From contig CASECZ010000006.1 of NCBI GenBank assembly GCA_949286725.1, positions 3,847 to 67,846 on the forward strand: a stretch of DNA of 64,000 nucleotides, written 5' to 3'. Below, in pieces: positions 1-10,463 of this stretch. Position numbers and translations under genes: made by a program. The notes below the pieces were generated by a model. It had not been told where the DNA came from. It ran no database searches and was given only the letters and a program-made list of their open reading frames with translations. This stretch comes from an uncultured Clostridia bacterium (GTDB lineage: Bacteria > Bacillota > Clostridia > Christensenellales > CAG-917). How positions within the stretch are numbered: the first letter of the stretch is position 1; each line of letters starts with the position of its first letter.

Positions 1-2
1 AC

Positions 3-221
3 ACCGCGGTTGCCGTTCATCAACCCCATAATCAGAGGCAACATTTTCATCATATCGTTGCCGCCCCCCGCGTTTGCGGAAGCTGTTTCCGCCGTTCTGC
101 CGCCCGTCATACTCATAAGCAGCGGAAGCAATGCTTGCAGATTGTTTGCTCCCGCGCCGTTTTCGGGTTTGCGGTTCAAAAGCGACATCATCGTCATCAG
201 CATATTGGCATCGAAATTCAT
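3..221 (-). CDS. Met/Gly/Asn-rich small protein, 3' end outside the window; probable sporulation/coat protein
   Basis: Not in the ORF track. Manual translation gives MNFDANMLMTMMSLLNRKPENGAGANNLQALLPLLMSMTGG...NDMMKMLPLIMGLMNGNRG, open to the window edge. GAGGT RBS and a CATATATT -10 lie upstream. Confidence 0.65.
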   Translation of the reverse strand, partial: MNFDANMLMTMMSLLNRKPENGAGANNLQALLPLLMSMTGGRTAETASANAGGGNDMMKMLPLIMGLMNGNRG

Positions 222-239
222 AACGACCTCACGCAATTC

Positions 240-268
240 AATATATGCCGTCATATTATGATTGTGAC
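240..268. promoter_or_regulatory. Back-to-back sigma-E/K-like promoters
   Basis: CATATTAT on + (252-259). On -, GTCACAA-N14-CATATATT (268-240). Confidence 0.5.
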
Positions 269-281
269 GGAGGTGTCGGAT

Positions 282-713
282 ATGAAGCAAGGTAATTACG
301 GAGATTACGGCAACCGTTACGGAGGGGATTATCCGTATTACGGCGTAGGCTACGGACAGGGGAGCGGTTACGCGGGAAACAACGGCGCGAACGGTTACGA
401 AAACGGCGGATACGGAAGCAACCGCAACGGCGGTTATGCCGACGAAAACCGTCCTCGCGGCGGACAGAACGCCTACGGCGGTTACGGTATGGGCGACATT
501 CCGCCGGAATACGCCGAGCAACTGGGACGCTACGGCAATATGAACAGCGACGAACTCACCCGCGAAATGATGGCGCAGGCGGCGGTGTTGCGGGCGCAGG
601 GGCAACTGGACATAGCCAAACTGGAAGATTTCTGCAACAAGGCGGCTCCCTTTTTGACAGCAGAACAACTTGCGCGTATGCGCGCGCTGATCGGAATGTT
701 GAAAAATGGATAA
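282..713 (+). CDS. Hypothetical protein with Gly/Tyr/Asn low-complexity N-terminus and helical C-terminal domain
   Basis: GGAGGT RBS then ATG 282; GYG/NGG-rich first half; stop overlaps the start of the protease gene. Confidence 0.75.
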   Translation: MKQGNYGDYGNRYGGDYPYYGVGYGQGSGYAGNNGANGYENGGYGSNRNGGYADENRPRGGQNAYGGYGMGDIPPEYAEQLGRYGNMNSDELTREMMAQAAVLRAQGQLDIAKLEDFCNKAAPFLTAEQLARMRALIGMLKNG

Positions 714-1860
714 AATAGACGGCAATCTCGTAAACGCGCTTTGCGTCGAGGACAGAACAACGGCAATAGTGCGCGTGTCCAACCCTTGGCAGATGAATTA
801 CATAGCGCGCAATTTCGACGTCGTGGCGGCTTTTCCTTTCATACGGTCACTGGGCATCAGATGCAACCGTGACGAGGTGGTGCGCCTTGCGGGCATGCGC
901 GAAGTAGAGTCCGTTTCCGCACAGGGCAGAGTGTGTGCTCTGAACGGCGATGTCAAGAAAAAGAGTGCGTTAGAATGCGGAAAACGTCCTGTTTCGGCGT
1001 TGTACGAAGGCGGCGTCGAAACGGCGGAAGGCGGACGTTCGGACGCGGATTTCGCCGAAGTGTTTTCCCTGCACGGCGGAGGTCTTACGGGGGCGGGCGT
1101 CGGTCTGTGCATTATGGACACGGGCATAAGCCCGCACAGCGATTTCAGTATACCGCGCGACAGGATAAAGGTTTTCAAGGACTTCGTGGGCGGTTCGGAA
1201 TATCCCTACGACGACAACGGTCACGGCACTTTCGTGACGGGAGTTGCGGCGGGGAACGGGTGCCTTTCGGCGACGAAAATAAAGGGTATTGCCCCCTGTG
1301 CCGACCTGGTCGGGGTAAAAGTCATAGGAGCGTCGGGAGAAACGGGCACGTTCAAAATTCTGGAAGGTATGCAGTGGGTGTTCGACAATGCGGTCAAACT
1401 CGGCGTGAAAGTCGTGTGTATGAGTTTCGGCGCGGACCCTCTTGCCTCTGCCGACCCGCTTAAAGCGGGCGCGGAAATGCTGGCGAGAAGAGGGTTGACC
1501 GTGGTATGCGCGGCGGGAAACAGCGGTGCGGGCGGGTTGAAATCGCCCGGTATCAGCACCGAAGTCATCACCGTGGGCGCCGTGGACGAGGAACTCAAAG
1601 TGGCGTCATTTTCCTCGTCGGGAGTTTATCAGGGCGCGTACAGACCCGACGTTTACGCCGTGGGTGTGCGCGTTCGCGGCGTGGAAGCGGGCGGCACTTA
1701 CTCCACGATGTCGGGCACGAGCGTTTCCGCGCCATATGTTGCGGGGGCGTGCTGTCTGTTGCATCAGAAATACGCAAGGCTCACCCCGCGCGACGCCAAA
1801 AGAATGATAATCGCCGCCTCGCGCGAAGTTGGCGGCGTAATGGTTTTCAATCCGTTTTAA
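706..1860 (+). CDS. S8 subtilisin-family serine peptidase (AprX-like, no signal peptide)
   Basis: Catalytic motifs IMDTGI, GHGTFV and SGTSVSAP; oxyanion motif AAGNSG. Confidence 0.92.
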   Translation: MDKIDGNLVNALCVEDRTTAIVRVSNPWQMNYIARNFDVVAAFPFIRSLGIRCNRDEVVRLAGMREVESVSAQGRVCALNGDVKKKSALECGKRPVSALYEGGVETAEGGRSDADFAEVFSLHGGGLTGAGVGLCIMDTGISPHSDFSIPRDRIKVFKDFVGGSEYPYDDNGHGTFVTGVAAGNGCLSATKIKGIAPCADLVGVKVIGASGETGTFKILEGMQWVFDNAVKLGVKVVCMSFGADPLASADPLKAGAEMLARRGLTVVCAAGNSGAGGLKSPGISTEVITVGAVDEELKVASFSSSGVYQGAYRPDVYAVGVRVRGVEAGGTYSTMSGTSVSAPYVAGACCLLHQKYARLTPRDAKRMIIAASREVGGVMVFNPF

Positions 1861-1905
1861 CGGATTGATTGTTTATGTCGTCACGCAAGCCGTTTGTCGT
1901 GCGGG

Positions 1906-3033
1906 CTACCGTTTCATCATGTTAATGCGTTCCAGCGCGGCGACGAACGCGTATATTTCCTTGTCGGTGTTGTCCGCGCCTATCGAGGCGCGCACCGCGC
2001 CGCGGGTGTCCGTTTTCAGCCACTTGTGCGCAAGGGGCGCGCAGTGCAAGCCGCCGCGCACGGCAAAATCCCGTTCCGACAGCATATCGGCGACAAAGGA
2101 ACTTTCTTTGCCTTTGAGATTGAATGAAACAACGCCCAGCGTCGGGTCTTTCGTGTAGATTTCCGCGCCGAGCACTTTGAGATATTCCATGAGTTCGCCC
2201 GCAAGTCTTGCTATCGACGCTCCCGAATTTTCGCGGTTGAGAAAACTCCATTTCGCGCCCGCGTGCAACGCCGCGATACCGCCCGCAAACAGAGTGCCCG
2301 CTTCGTATGCTTCGGGCGGGTCCGTGGGTTGATACGTGCTGTGAGACGCCGTGCCCGTGCCGCCCATAAGCAGGGGTTGCAACCGCAGGTCCTTACGCGC
2401 AATCAGAAATCCCGTTCCCTGCGGTCCGTGCAAACCCTTATGACCGGGGCACGCCAGCATATCCAGTCCGTATTTGCGCATGTCCGCCTTGATAAGAGGA
2501 ATTGCCTGCGCTCCGTCCACCAAGGTGACGACGCTGTACTTCTCGGCGGCTTTCCCGAGGCGCGCAAGGTCGAGCCTTGCGCCCGTCACGTTCGACGCCG
2601 CGCTGACGGCGGCAAAGTCGGCGTTTTCCATTGCGCGTTCCAGATGTTCGGGGGACACCGTTCCTTCGGGCGTCGGGTCGATGACCATAAGCTCGATTTT
2701 TCCGCGCTTTTCCAGTTCGAAAAGAGGACGCAACACCGAGTTGTGGTCGAACGCCGTTGTGACGACTTTCATCCCTTCGCGCAGGAACCCGAATATGCCG
2801 AGGTTGAGAGCTTCGGTGCAGTTTTTGGTGAAAATCACCGTGTATTCGTCCTCGGGTGCGCCGAGTTGTTCTGCAAGAAACCGTCTGCAATCTTCGATTT
2901 TCATCGCCGCGTCGAGGGCGTATTTGTGACCGCTTCTGCCGCTGTTCGCGGCGTGGGTCAGGTCGTAGACCAAAGCCTCCTGAACTCCCTTGGGTTTGTA
3001 GGCGGACGTTGCCGCATTGTCGAGATAAATCAT
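1906..3033 (-). CDS. Cysteine desulfurase (class V PLP aminotransferase)
   Basis: IYLDNAATS, PGHKGLHGPQG and RGGLHCAP motifs; GGAGG RBS; sigma-E-like CATACGAT at 3057-3050. Confidence 0.92.
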   Translation of the reverse strand: MIYLDNAATSAYKPKGVQEALVYDLTHAANSGRSGHKYALDAAMKIEDCRRFLAEQLGAPEDEYTVIFTKNCTEALNLGIFGFLREGMKVVTTAFDHNSVLRPLFELEKRGKIELMVIDPTPEGTVSPEHLERAMENADFAAVSAASNVTGARLDLARLGKAAEKYSVVTLVDGAQAIPLIKADMRKYGLDMLACPGHKGLHGPQGTGFLIARKDLRLQPLLMGGTGTASHSTYQPTDPPEAYEAGTLFAGGIAALHAGAKWSFLNRENSGASIARLAGELMEYLKVLGAEIYTKDPTLGVVSFNLKGKESSFVADMLSERDFAVRGGLHCAPLAHKWLKTDTRGAVRASIGADNTDKEIYAFVAALERINMMKR

Positions 3034-3176
3034 AATTTCCTCCGCATATATCGTATGCGCGCGGAGTGCCGTTTTGACTATGCCGAAAGCGCCGAAACCC
3101 GTGTGCGGTGTCAAAAGAAGATTTTTGACAATATTGTATATTAGCGAACGGATACATACAATATTCGGAGGAGATT

Positions 3177-3425
3177 ATGAGAGAGTTCTTTGTAGCGTTC
3201 CGTTCGCGGTCCGATGCGATGCGTTTTTACGAGGAACTGACGAGCTACCGTCTTTCCGCACGCATAATAAACACCCCGTCGTCCGCGGGGGCGGGTTGCG
3301 GGTTGTCGGTCAAGATGCTGATGAAAAACCTGCAACAGGCGAAAATCGTGCTTGAACGGTCGAGGATAAGTTCCGCCATCGGATTTTTCACTTTTACGGA
3401 GAGCGGAGCGGCGAAACGCATGTGA
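3177..3425 (+). CDS. DUF3343-like putative S/Se carrier protein
   Basis: IINTP...AGCGLSV motif; GGAGGAG RBS; CATACAAT -10 at 3155-3162; divergent from the desulfurase. Confidence 0.75.
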   Translation: MREFFVAFRSRSDAMRFYEELTSYRLSARIINTPSSAGAGCGLSVKMLMKNLQQAKIVLERSRISSAIGFFTFTESGAAKRM

Positions 3426-3539
3426 CGCCGCCGCGCCCTCGCCGTATTGCGCGCGCCGCGGGCGCGTTTTTTTGCGCCCTGCGCGCGCAAGAAGCCGAAA
3501 AAAGTTGCCAATATCCCCCTTTTGTGCCATAATATAGCG

Positions 3540-4196
3540 ATGACCGAAACCAATGAAAAAATTTACGCGCTCCTCGAGAAAATGCACGGAGACGCCCATT
3601 GCGAACTCGATTTCCGCACTCCTTTCGAATTGCTGGTGGCGGTGATTCTTTCCGCCCAGTGCACGGACAAGCGCGTCAATGCAGTGACCAAGGACCTTTT
3701 CGTCGAGGCGAACACTCCCGAACAGTTCGTGGCAATGCCTGCGGAGGAACTGGAAAAACGCATTTTCTCCTGCGGGTTTTATCACAACAAAGCCAAGGCA
3801 ATAAAAGAGATGTCGCAAAGCATCGTGGATATGGGCGGAATGCCCGACACGCAGGAAGGGCTGATGACCCTGCGCGGCGTGGGGCGCAAGACCGCAAACG
3901 TCGTCTATTCGGTGGCGTACGGCGGCAACGCCATTGCCGTGGACACGCACGTTTTCCGTGTGGCAAACCGACTGGGCGTGGTGAATGCGGCGACCCCCGA
4001 AGAGACGGAAAAACAACTTATGGCGGCGTTTGACGAGGACGTTTGGAGCAGACTGCATCATCTGCTCATATTCCACGGAAGGTACGTGTGCCATTCGCGC
4101 AAACCCGATTGCGGCAGCTGTTTGCTTACAAAATATTGCAAATATTATCTCAGCCGTTCCGAGGAGGAAAATCCCGAGGAGAAAACGGCAAAATAG
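3540..4196 (+). CDS. nth: Endonuclease III
   Basis: LLVAVILSAQCTD, HhH motif LRGVGRKTAN, VDTHVFR and 4Fe-4S motif CHSRKPDCGSCLLTKYC. Confidence 0.96.
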   Translation: MTETNEKIYALLEKMHGDAHCELDFRTPFELLVAVILSAQCTDKRVNAVTKDLFVEANTPEQFVAMPAEELEKRIFSCGFYHNKAKAIKEMSQSIVDMGGMPDTQEGLMTLRGVGRKTANVVYSVAYGGNAIAVDTHVFRVANRLGVVNAATPEETEKQLMAAFDEDVWSRLHHLLIFHGRYVCHSRKPDCGSCLLTKYCKYYLSRSEEENPEEKTAK

Positions 4197-4200
4197 AGTT

Positions 4201-5034
4201 ATGGAAAAGTATTGCGTAATTTCAAAGAGAAATCTCGCCGAGCGCGTCAACGAGTACGTTATATACGCGCCCGACGTCGCGCGTCATTGCCTTGCGGGGC
4301 AGTTCGTCATACTCCGCGTCGACGAGGACGGCGAACGCGTGCCGTTTACGATATGCGACTATTCGCGCGAAAAGGGCACGGTGTCACTTCTCGTGCAGGA
4401 AGTGGGTTACACCACGATGAAACTCGCCGCCGTAAAGGAAGGCGAGTGCCTTTGCGACTTCGTGGGTCCGCTCGGAAATCCCACGGACCTGTCCGCGTTC
4501 AAACGCATTCTGCTTGTGGGCGGCGGCATAGGGTCCGCGGTGATTTATCCGCAGGCAAAACAACTGTTCGGCGAGGGCAAACCCGCCGACGTGGTCATCG
4601 GCGCGCGCAACGTGTCTTTGGTGCTTTTCGAAGAGGACTTCAAGCGCTGGTGCGCGAATTTTCATCTCATTACCGACGACGGCTCGTCGGGGCGTAAAGG
4701 GTTCGTCACCGACGTGGTACGCGACCTGCTTGCCTCGGGCGAACATTACGACGCGGTGTTTGCCGTCGGACCTCTCGGAATGATGAGGGCGGTGTGCGAC
4801 GTGACGGCGCAGTACGGTGTCAAGACCGTTGTCAGCATGAATTCGCTTATGGTGGACGGTACGGGCATGTGCGGTTGTTGCAGATTGACAGTCGGCGGCG
4901 TGACCAAATACGCTTGTATAGACGGACCCGAGTTCGACGGGCACGAAGTGGATTTCGACGAGGCTATGGCGCGGTCGAAAATGTATAAAGAAATAGAGGA
5001 CGAGCACACCTGCCGTCTGAGGAGGTCGTTATGA
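4201..5034 (+). CDS. nfnA: NfnA-type FAD/NAD-binding subunit (ferredoxin:NADP oxidoreductase)
   Basis: ERVPFTI, GPLGNP, DGTGMCGCCR and CIDGPEFDG motifs; coupled to the next gene. Confidence 0.85.
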   Translation: MEKYCVISKRNLAERVNEYVIYAPDVARHCLAGQFVILRVDEDGERVPFTICDYSREKGTVSLLVQEVGYTTMKLAAVKEGECLCDFVGPLGNPTDLSAFKRILLVGGGIGSAVIYPQAKQLFGEGKPADVVIGARNVSLVLFEEDFKRWCANFHLITDDGSSGRKGFVTDVVRDLLASGEHYDAVFAVGPLGMMRAVCDVTAQYGVKTVVSMNSLMVDGTGMCGCCRLTVGGVTKYACIDGPEFDGHEVDFDEAMARSKMYKEIEDEHTCRLRRSL

Positions 5035-6413
5035 AAGCCGACCTGACAAGACACGCAATGCCGGCTCAAAATCCCGAAATCAGGGTGACGAATTTCGACG
5101 AAGTGGCGCTCGGCTACGATGAGCCGCTGGCGCTTGCAGAGGCGGCGCGTTGCCTTAATTGCAAGAATGCGCCATGTATGCAGGGGTGCCCCGTAAATGT
5201 TCACATTCCGAACTTTATCGCCGCATTACGAGAGGGTAAACCCGACGTTTCGGCGCAAATATTGCTTGGCGACAACAACCTGCCGTCAATATGCGGTAGG
5301 GTTTGTCCGCAGGAAAACCAGTGCGAAAAGTACTGCGTACGTCGTGAAAAACTGGGCGGGTCGGTTGCAATCGGAAACCTGGAAAGATACGTTGCCGACT
5401 ATGCCTTGAAAAGCGGTATCCGTCCCGTTGGCACGAAAGCGGGCAATGCGCGCGTCGCCATCGTGGGTTCGGGTCCCGCGGGACTTTCCTGTGCCGCCGA
5501 CCTTGCACGCGCAGGCGTCAAGGTCACCGTTTTCGAGGCGTTGCACAAGGCGGGCGGAGTGCTCGTTTACGGCATACCCGAGTTCAGGTTGCCCAAGTCG
5601 CTCGTCGCCGAAGAAATCCGAAAGGTGAGCGACCTCGGCGTGGAAATCCGCACCAATATGGTGGTGGGAAAAACCGTGTACGTGGACGAATTGCTGGACG
5701 AATTCGACGCGGTGTTCATTGCGTCGGGGGCAGGTTTGCCGTCCTTCCTCGGCGTAAAGGGCGAAAACCTCGACGGCGTGTGTTCGGCAAACGAATATCT
5801 GACGCGCGTCAATCTAATGAAGGCTTATAAAGAAGGCGCGATAACCCCTGTGCAGCGCGGTAAAAACGTCGTTGTCGTGGGAGCCGGAAACGTGGCTATG
5901 GACGCGGCGCGAACAGCGCGCAGACTGGGCGCGAAAGTCACGCTTGTGTACCGTCGCAGTCGTATCGAAATGCCCGCGCGCAAAGAGGAAGTCGAACACG
6001 CCGAAGAAGAAGGCGTGATATTCGAATTGCTGACAAATCCCGTCGAAATACTCGGCGACAAAGGGTTTGTCAGGGGTATGAAATGCGTGCGTATGGAACT
6101 CGGCGAGCCCGACGCGAGCGGACGCCGTCGTCCTGTGGAAATCGCGGGGAGCGAGTTCGAAATCGAATGCGACGAGGTCATCGTGGCGCTCGGAACGACA
6201 CCTAACCCCGTAATCAAACGCAGTTTTCCTAAACTTGCCGTTACGGCAAAGGGTACGATAGTTGCCGACGAATACGGGCGTACGTCCGTTCCGCGGCTTT
6301 ATGCGGGCGGCGACGCGATGACGGGCGCCGCAACCGTAATCCTCGCAATGGGCGCGGGCAAAAAGAGCGCGCAGGCGATTGTGCAACAACTCAAAGACAG
6401 CGGCAGACTGTAA
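5031..6413 (+). CDS. nfnB: NfnB / GltD-like NADPH-dependent oxidoreductase
   Basis: RCLNCKNAPCMQGCP and CGRVCPQENQCE Fe-S motifs; GSGPAG and GAGNVAMD nucleotide-binding motifs. Confidence 0.85.
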   Translation: MKADLTRHAMPAQNPEIRVTNFDEVALGYDEPLALAEAARCLNCKNAPCMQGCPVNVHIPNFIAALREGKPDVSAQILLGDNNLPSICGRVCPQENQCEKYCVRREKLGGSVAIGNLERYVADYALKSGIRPVGTKAGNARVAIVGSGPAGLSCAADLARAGVKVTVFEALHKAGGVLVYGIPEFRLPKSLVAEEIRKVSDLGVEIRTNMVVGKTVYVDELLDEFDAVFIASGAGLPSFLGVKGENLDGVCSANEYLTRVNLMKAYKEGAITPVQRGKNVVVVGAGNVAMDAARTARRLGAKVTLVYRRSRIEMPARKEEVEHAEEEGVIFELLTNPVEILGDKGFVRGMKCVRMELGEPDASGRRRPVEIAGSEFEIECDEVIVALGTTPNPVIKRSFPKLAVTAKGTIVADEYGRTSVPRLYAGGDAMTGAATVILAMGAGKKSAQAIVQQLKDSGRL

Positions 6414-7685
<1,272 letters not shown>

Positions 7686-7737
7686 CGCTGTATACGCGCG
7701 TCCGACACGTCGAAATCGAAAGTGCGTTGTTTATCGA

Positions 7738-7761
7738 AAAAGCCGCTTTTCAGCGGCTTTT
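7738..7761. terminator. Bidirectional intrinsic terminator
   Basis: AAAAGCCGCT-tttc-AGCGGCTTTT between convergent genes. Confidence 0.75.
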
Positions 7762-7889
7762 CGTATGTCCGCATATGCTTTGCGGAACTGGTTTTGTGTG
7801 CATTTTGGCGTTTGCGTTGCCAGCCCGCGCGGCGTTGAAATTGCTGCGGCCGCGCACGCTCGCGCGGTATTACGCGCGAGGAAACGGCG

Positions 7890-8657
7890 TTATTTCAGAC
7901 GGTTCAGAATTTTGTCGCTGCTGCGCGTGCCGCGTCCGAGGGGCGTCAGAGTCAGAAGCGCGAGAGCAAGGGATATGCTGCCGAGCACGAGATAATATAT
8001 TTTCAACGGCGTCAGAAACGCCACGGCGATGAGGACGGCTCCCGAAAAGAAATAGTTTTTCAGGTTGGAGCGCGCAAACACGGCGTCGGACAGCGCCGCA
8101 AGCGAGAATTTGCGTTTTACGGGTTTGAGGTCGGGCAAGGCACCGCGCGAGGCGAGAAATCTGTATATGGAGCGGATTTTCACCACACGGACTTTCACGT
8201 TGTAAAATTGCAGCAGAATGAAAGCTTTGCGGTCTATTCCGCGCGTCATCACGTAGATATCAGTGCGTTCGTGCGAGGCGGCTTTGTTGATGAGACCGTT
8301 CAGGTCGTTCAGCCCCAGCACCGCGAACTTGAACGCCGCAAACACTATGCAGTCGTCGAAAAGAATGTAGTCCTCGCCGAACTGTGCCGTCGTGTCGGTG
8401 TTTTTGCAGGCGTTTTTCAGAAGATTTACGAGGTATTCCGGTCCGCGTACGGCGAGTTCGGCGGTCAGTCTGTCGTGGGAGTACGGTTTTGCGTGCCCGC
8501 GCCGTATGTAGTACATCGTGACCAACGCAATCAGCGCGGCGGCAACGGAAAACGTGAGCGCATATTCCCACCTTGAAAATACGAGCGTCGTCCATACGAG
8601 GGACAGCAGAAATATTATGACCGTGAAGGATACGTAGTCTATTGCGCGCGCTATCAT
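7890..8657 (-). CDS. Hypothetical membrane protein (2 TM + soluble domain + 2 TM)
   Basis: Hydrophobic ends. GCATA...CAATAAT sigma-F/G-like promoter ends 6 nt before ATG 8657. Confidence 0.75.
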   Translation of the reverse strand: MIARAIDYVSFTVIIFLLSLVWTTLVFSRWEYALTFSVAAALIALVTMYYIRRGHAKPYSHDRLTAELAVRGPEYLVNLLKNACKNTDTTAQFGEDYILFDDCIVFAAFKFAVLGLNDLNGLINKAASHERTDIYVMTRGIDRKAFILLQFYNVKVRVVKIRSIYRFLASRGALPDLKPVKRKFSLAALSDAVFARSNLKNYFFSGAVLIAVAFLTPLKIYYLVLGSISLALALLTLTPLGRGTRSSDKILNRLK

Positions 8658-8758
8658 ACGGCGATTATTGACAAAAGCGCGAAAAATATGCGCAGACAAT
8701 GAGGGGCGGATTTCAAGCATTATATTGCATTTTCCTGCCGAAATGGTATAATTTCAGT

Positions 8759-9898
8759 ATGCTGACCGTGATATTCGGCGGAGCGTTCGACCCGCCTCAC
8801 AACGAACACGTCAACACGGTACGCGCCGCCGTGAAAGAACTCGGTGCCGAACGTGTGGTACTTGTGCCGACATACCAGCCCCCGCACAAAAGCGCGGGAT
8901 TTCTCGACTTCGCAATACGGGCGGAACTTTGCCGCGCGGCGTTTGCGGACGTGGGCGCGGAGGTTGTGGTGGACGACGAGGAAAGACGGCGCGGTCACGA
9001 CAATTATGCAAGCCTATTGTTGCCGGAATTGAAAAAGAGATACGGCGACATAATATACCTGATGGGCGGCGACAGTCTGCAATATTTCGGGACGTGGCGC
9101 AATCCGCAGGAGATAATGGCGACTTGTCCCGTGGCGGTTGCGGCGCGCGAAGGCTACCGCGACGTGCAGGCGGCGGCAAAGGACGCCGTGGAACGATACG
9201 GCGGAAAAATCAGACTTTTGAACTACGTCGGAAAGGACGTGTCGTCGGCGCGGATAAAAACGCTGTTTTTGCTGGGAGAATGTCCGCAGGACGTGCCGAA
9301 TGCGGTGTCGGACATAATCCGCGAAAAAGGTCTGTTCCGAGAATACGCGGATACGGTGAAGAAACTGCGCTCGTATCAGAGCGAAGAACTTTTCTTGCAC
9401 AGTAGAGCCGCTTTGTTGCGAGCAGTCGACCTAAACTCGCTTCACAACCTCAAACAGAACTACGAACAAGTGTTTCTCGCCGCGCTGTTGCATGACAACG
9501 CCAAGGAAAGACCTTCGCTCGACGGACTTGACGTCCCGAGCGACAGCGTCGGCACATCGGTGTTGCACCAGTTTCTGGGTGCGGAGAAGGCAAAACGCGA
9601 TTTCGGAATCGAGGACGAGGCGGTGCTTGACGCCATTCGCTACCATACGACGGGCAGACCCGCAATGAGCGTGCTTGAAAAATTGATATACACGGCGGAC
9701 AGCACGTCGTACGACAGGGATTACGAGCCGATACCCGCGCTGCGCGCCGCCGTGGACGAGAATTTCGACGAAGGATTTTTCTCGTTGTTGAAATTCACGT
9801 ACGAAAAGATAGCCGCAAAGGGCAGGGCGGCATATCCGCTGACCGAACAGGCTCTGAGATACTACGAAAAAGAGCGCGAAAGCGCAAAAGGAGAATAA
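8759..9898 (+). CDS. nadD: NadD nicotinate-nucleotide adenylyltransferase fused to a YqeK HD-domain Ap4A hydrolase
   Basis: FGGAFDPPHNEH, QPPHK and VSSARIK, then LLHDNAK, HQFLG, RYHTTG and ADS. Confidence 0.9.
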   Translation: MLTVIFGGAFDPPHNEHVNTVRAAVKELGAERVVLVPTYQPPHKSAGFLDFAIRAELCRAAFADVGAEVVVDDEERRRGHDNYASLLLPELKKRYGDIIYLMGGDSLQYFGTWRNPQEIMATCPVAVAAREGYRDVQAAAKDAVERYGGKIRLLNYVGKDVSSARIKTLFLLGECPQDVPNAVSDIIREKGLFREYADTVKKLRSYQSEELFLHSRAALLRAVDLNSLHNLKQNYEQVFLAALLHDNAKERPSLDGLDVPSDSVGTSVLHQFLGAEKAKRDFGIEDEAVLDAIRYHTTGRPAMSVLEKLIYTADSTSYDRDYEPIPALRAAVDENFDEGFFSLLKFTYEKIAAKGRAAYPLTEQALRYYEKERESAKGE

Positions 9899-10255
9899 AT
9901 GAACCCCGAACAAATCAAAGACATCATCTGCAAAGAACTCGACGACCGCAAAGCCGTCGACATTACGGTGCTGAACGTGGCGCACCTCACGGTGGTTGCC
10001 GACTACTTCGTCATATGTACGGCGCGCAGCAACAAACAGGTCAAAGCGCTTGCCGAATATCTCGACGAGAAGATGAGCGACGAAGGCGTCAAAGCCCTGC
10101 GCACCGACGGCGTCCGCGAGGGCAAGTGGGCGGTGCTGGATTTCGGCAGCGTCATAGTGCATATTTTCAACGACGACACGCGCGTGTTCTACTGTCTGGA
10201 AAAACTCTGGACGGACGGCGACAACGTGGAATTCTATCCTCCGAAAAAGAACTGA
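9899..10255 (+). CDS. rsfS: Ribosome silencing factor
   Basis: DDRKAVDI, ADYFVICT, WAVLDFGSVIVHIF, FYCLEKLW. Confidence 0.95.
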   Translation: MNPEQIKDIICKELDDRKAVDITVLNVAHLTVVADYFVICTARSNKQVKALAEYLDEKMSDEGVKALRTDGVREGKWAVLDFGSVIVHIFNDDTRVFYCLEKLWTDGDNVEFYPPKKN

Positions 10256-10332
10256 AACAAACCTCCGACTGCACGACGCGTCCGTGTTTTCAAGGCGCAA
10301 AAAGCGTTGTCGGAGCATAAACCGAGAAACTT

Positions 10333-10367
10333 TACGCCGCGAGCCGCATGGTGCGTCTTGCGGCGTA
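10333..10367 (+). terminator. Hairpin after rsfS, probable terminator
   Basis: TACGCCGC...GCGGCGTA stem followed by an AT-rich tail. Confidence 0.5.
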
Positions 10368-10397
10368 TTATTATCTTTCAAAGGGTAAAATAGCCTT

Positions 10398-10463
10398 AAA
10401 GTACTATAAAAAACGCCGAAAAGTATAATACAATTCAGCGATATTTAGAATACTTCGCGCCCT
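10398..10463 (+). repeat. Triple 22-bp repeat element, copy A
   Basis: aaagtactataaaaaacgccga / aaagtataatacaattcagcga / tatttagaatacttcgcgccct. Confidence 0.75.
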
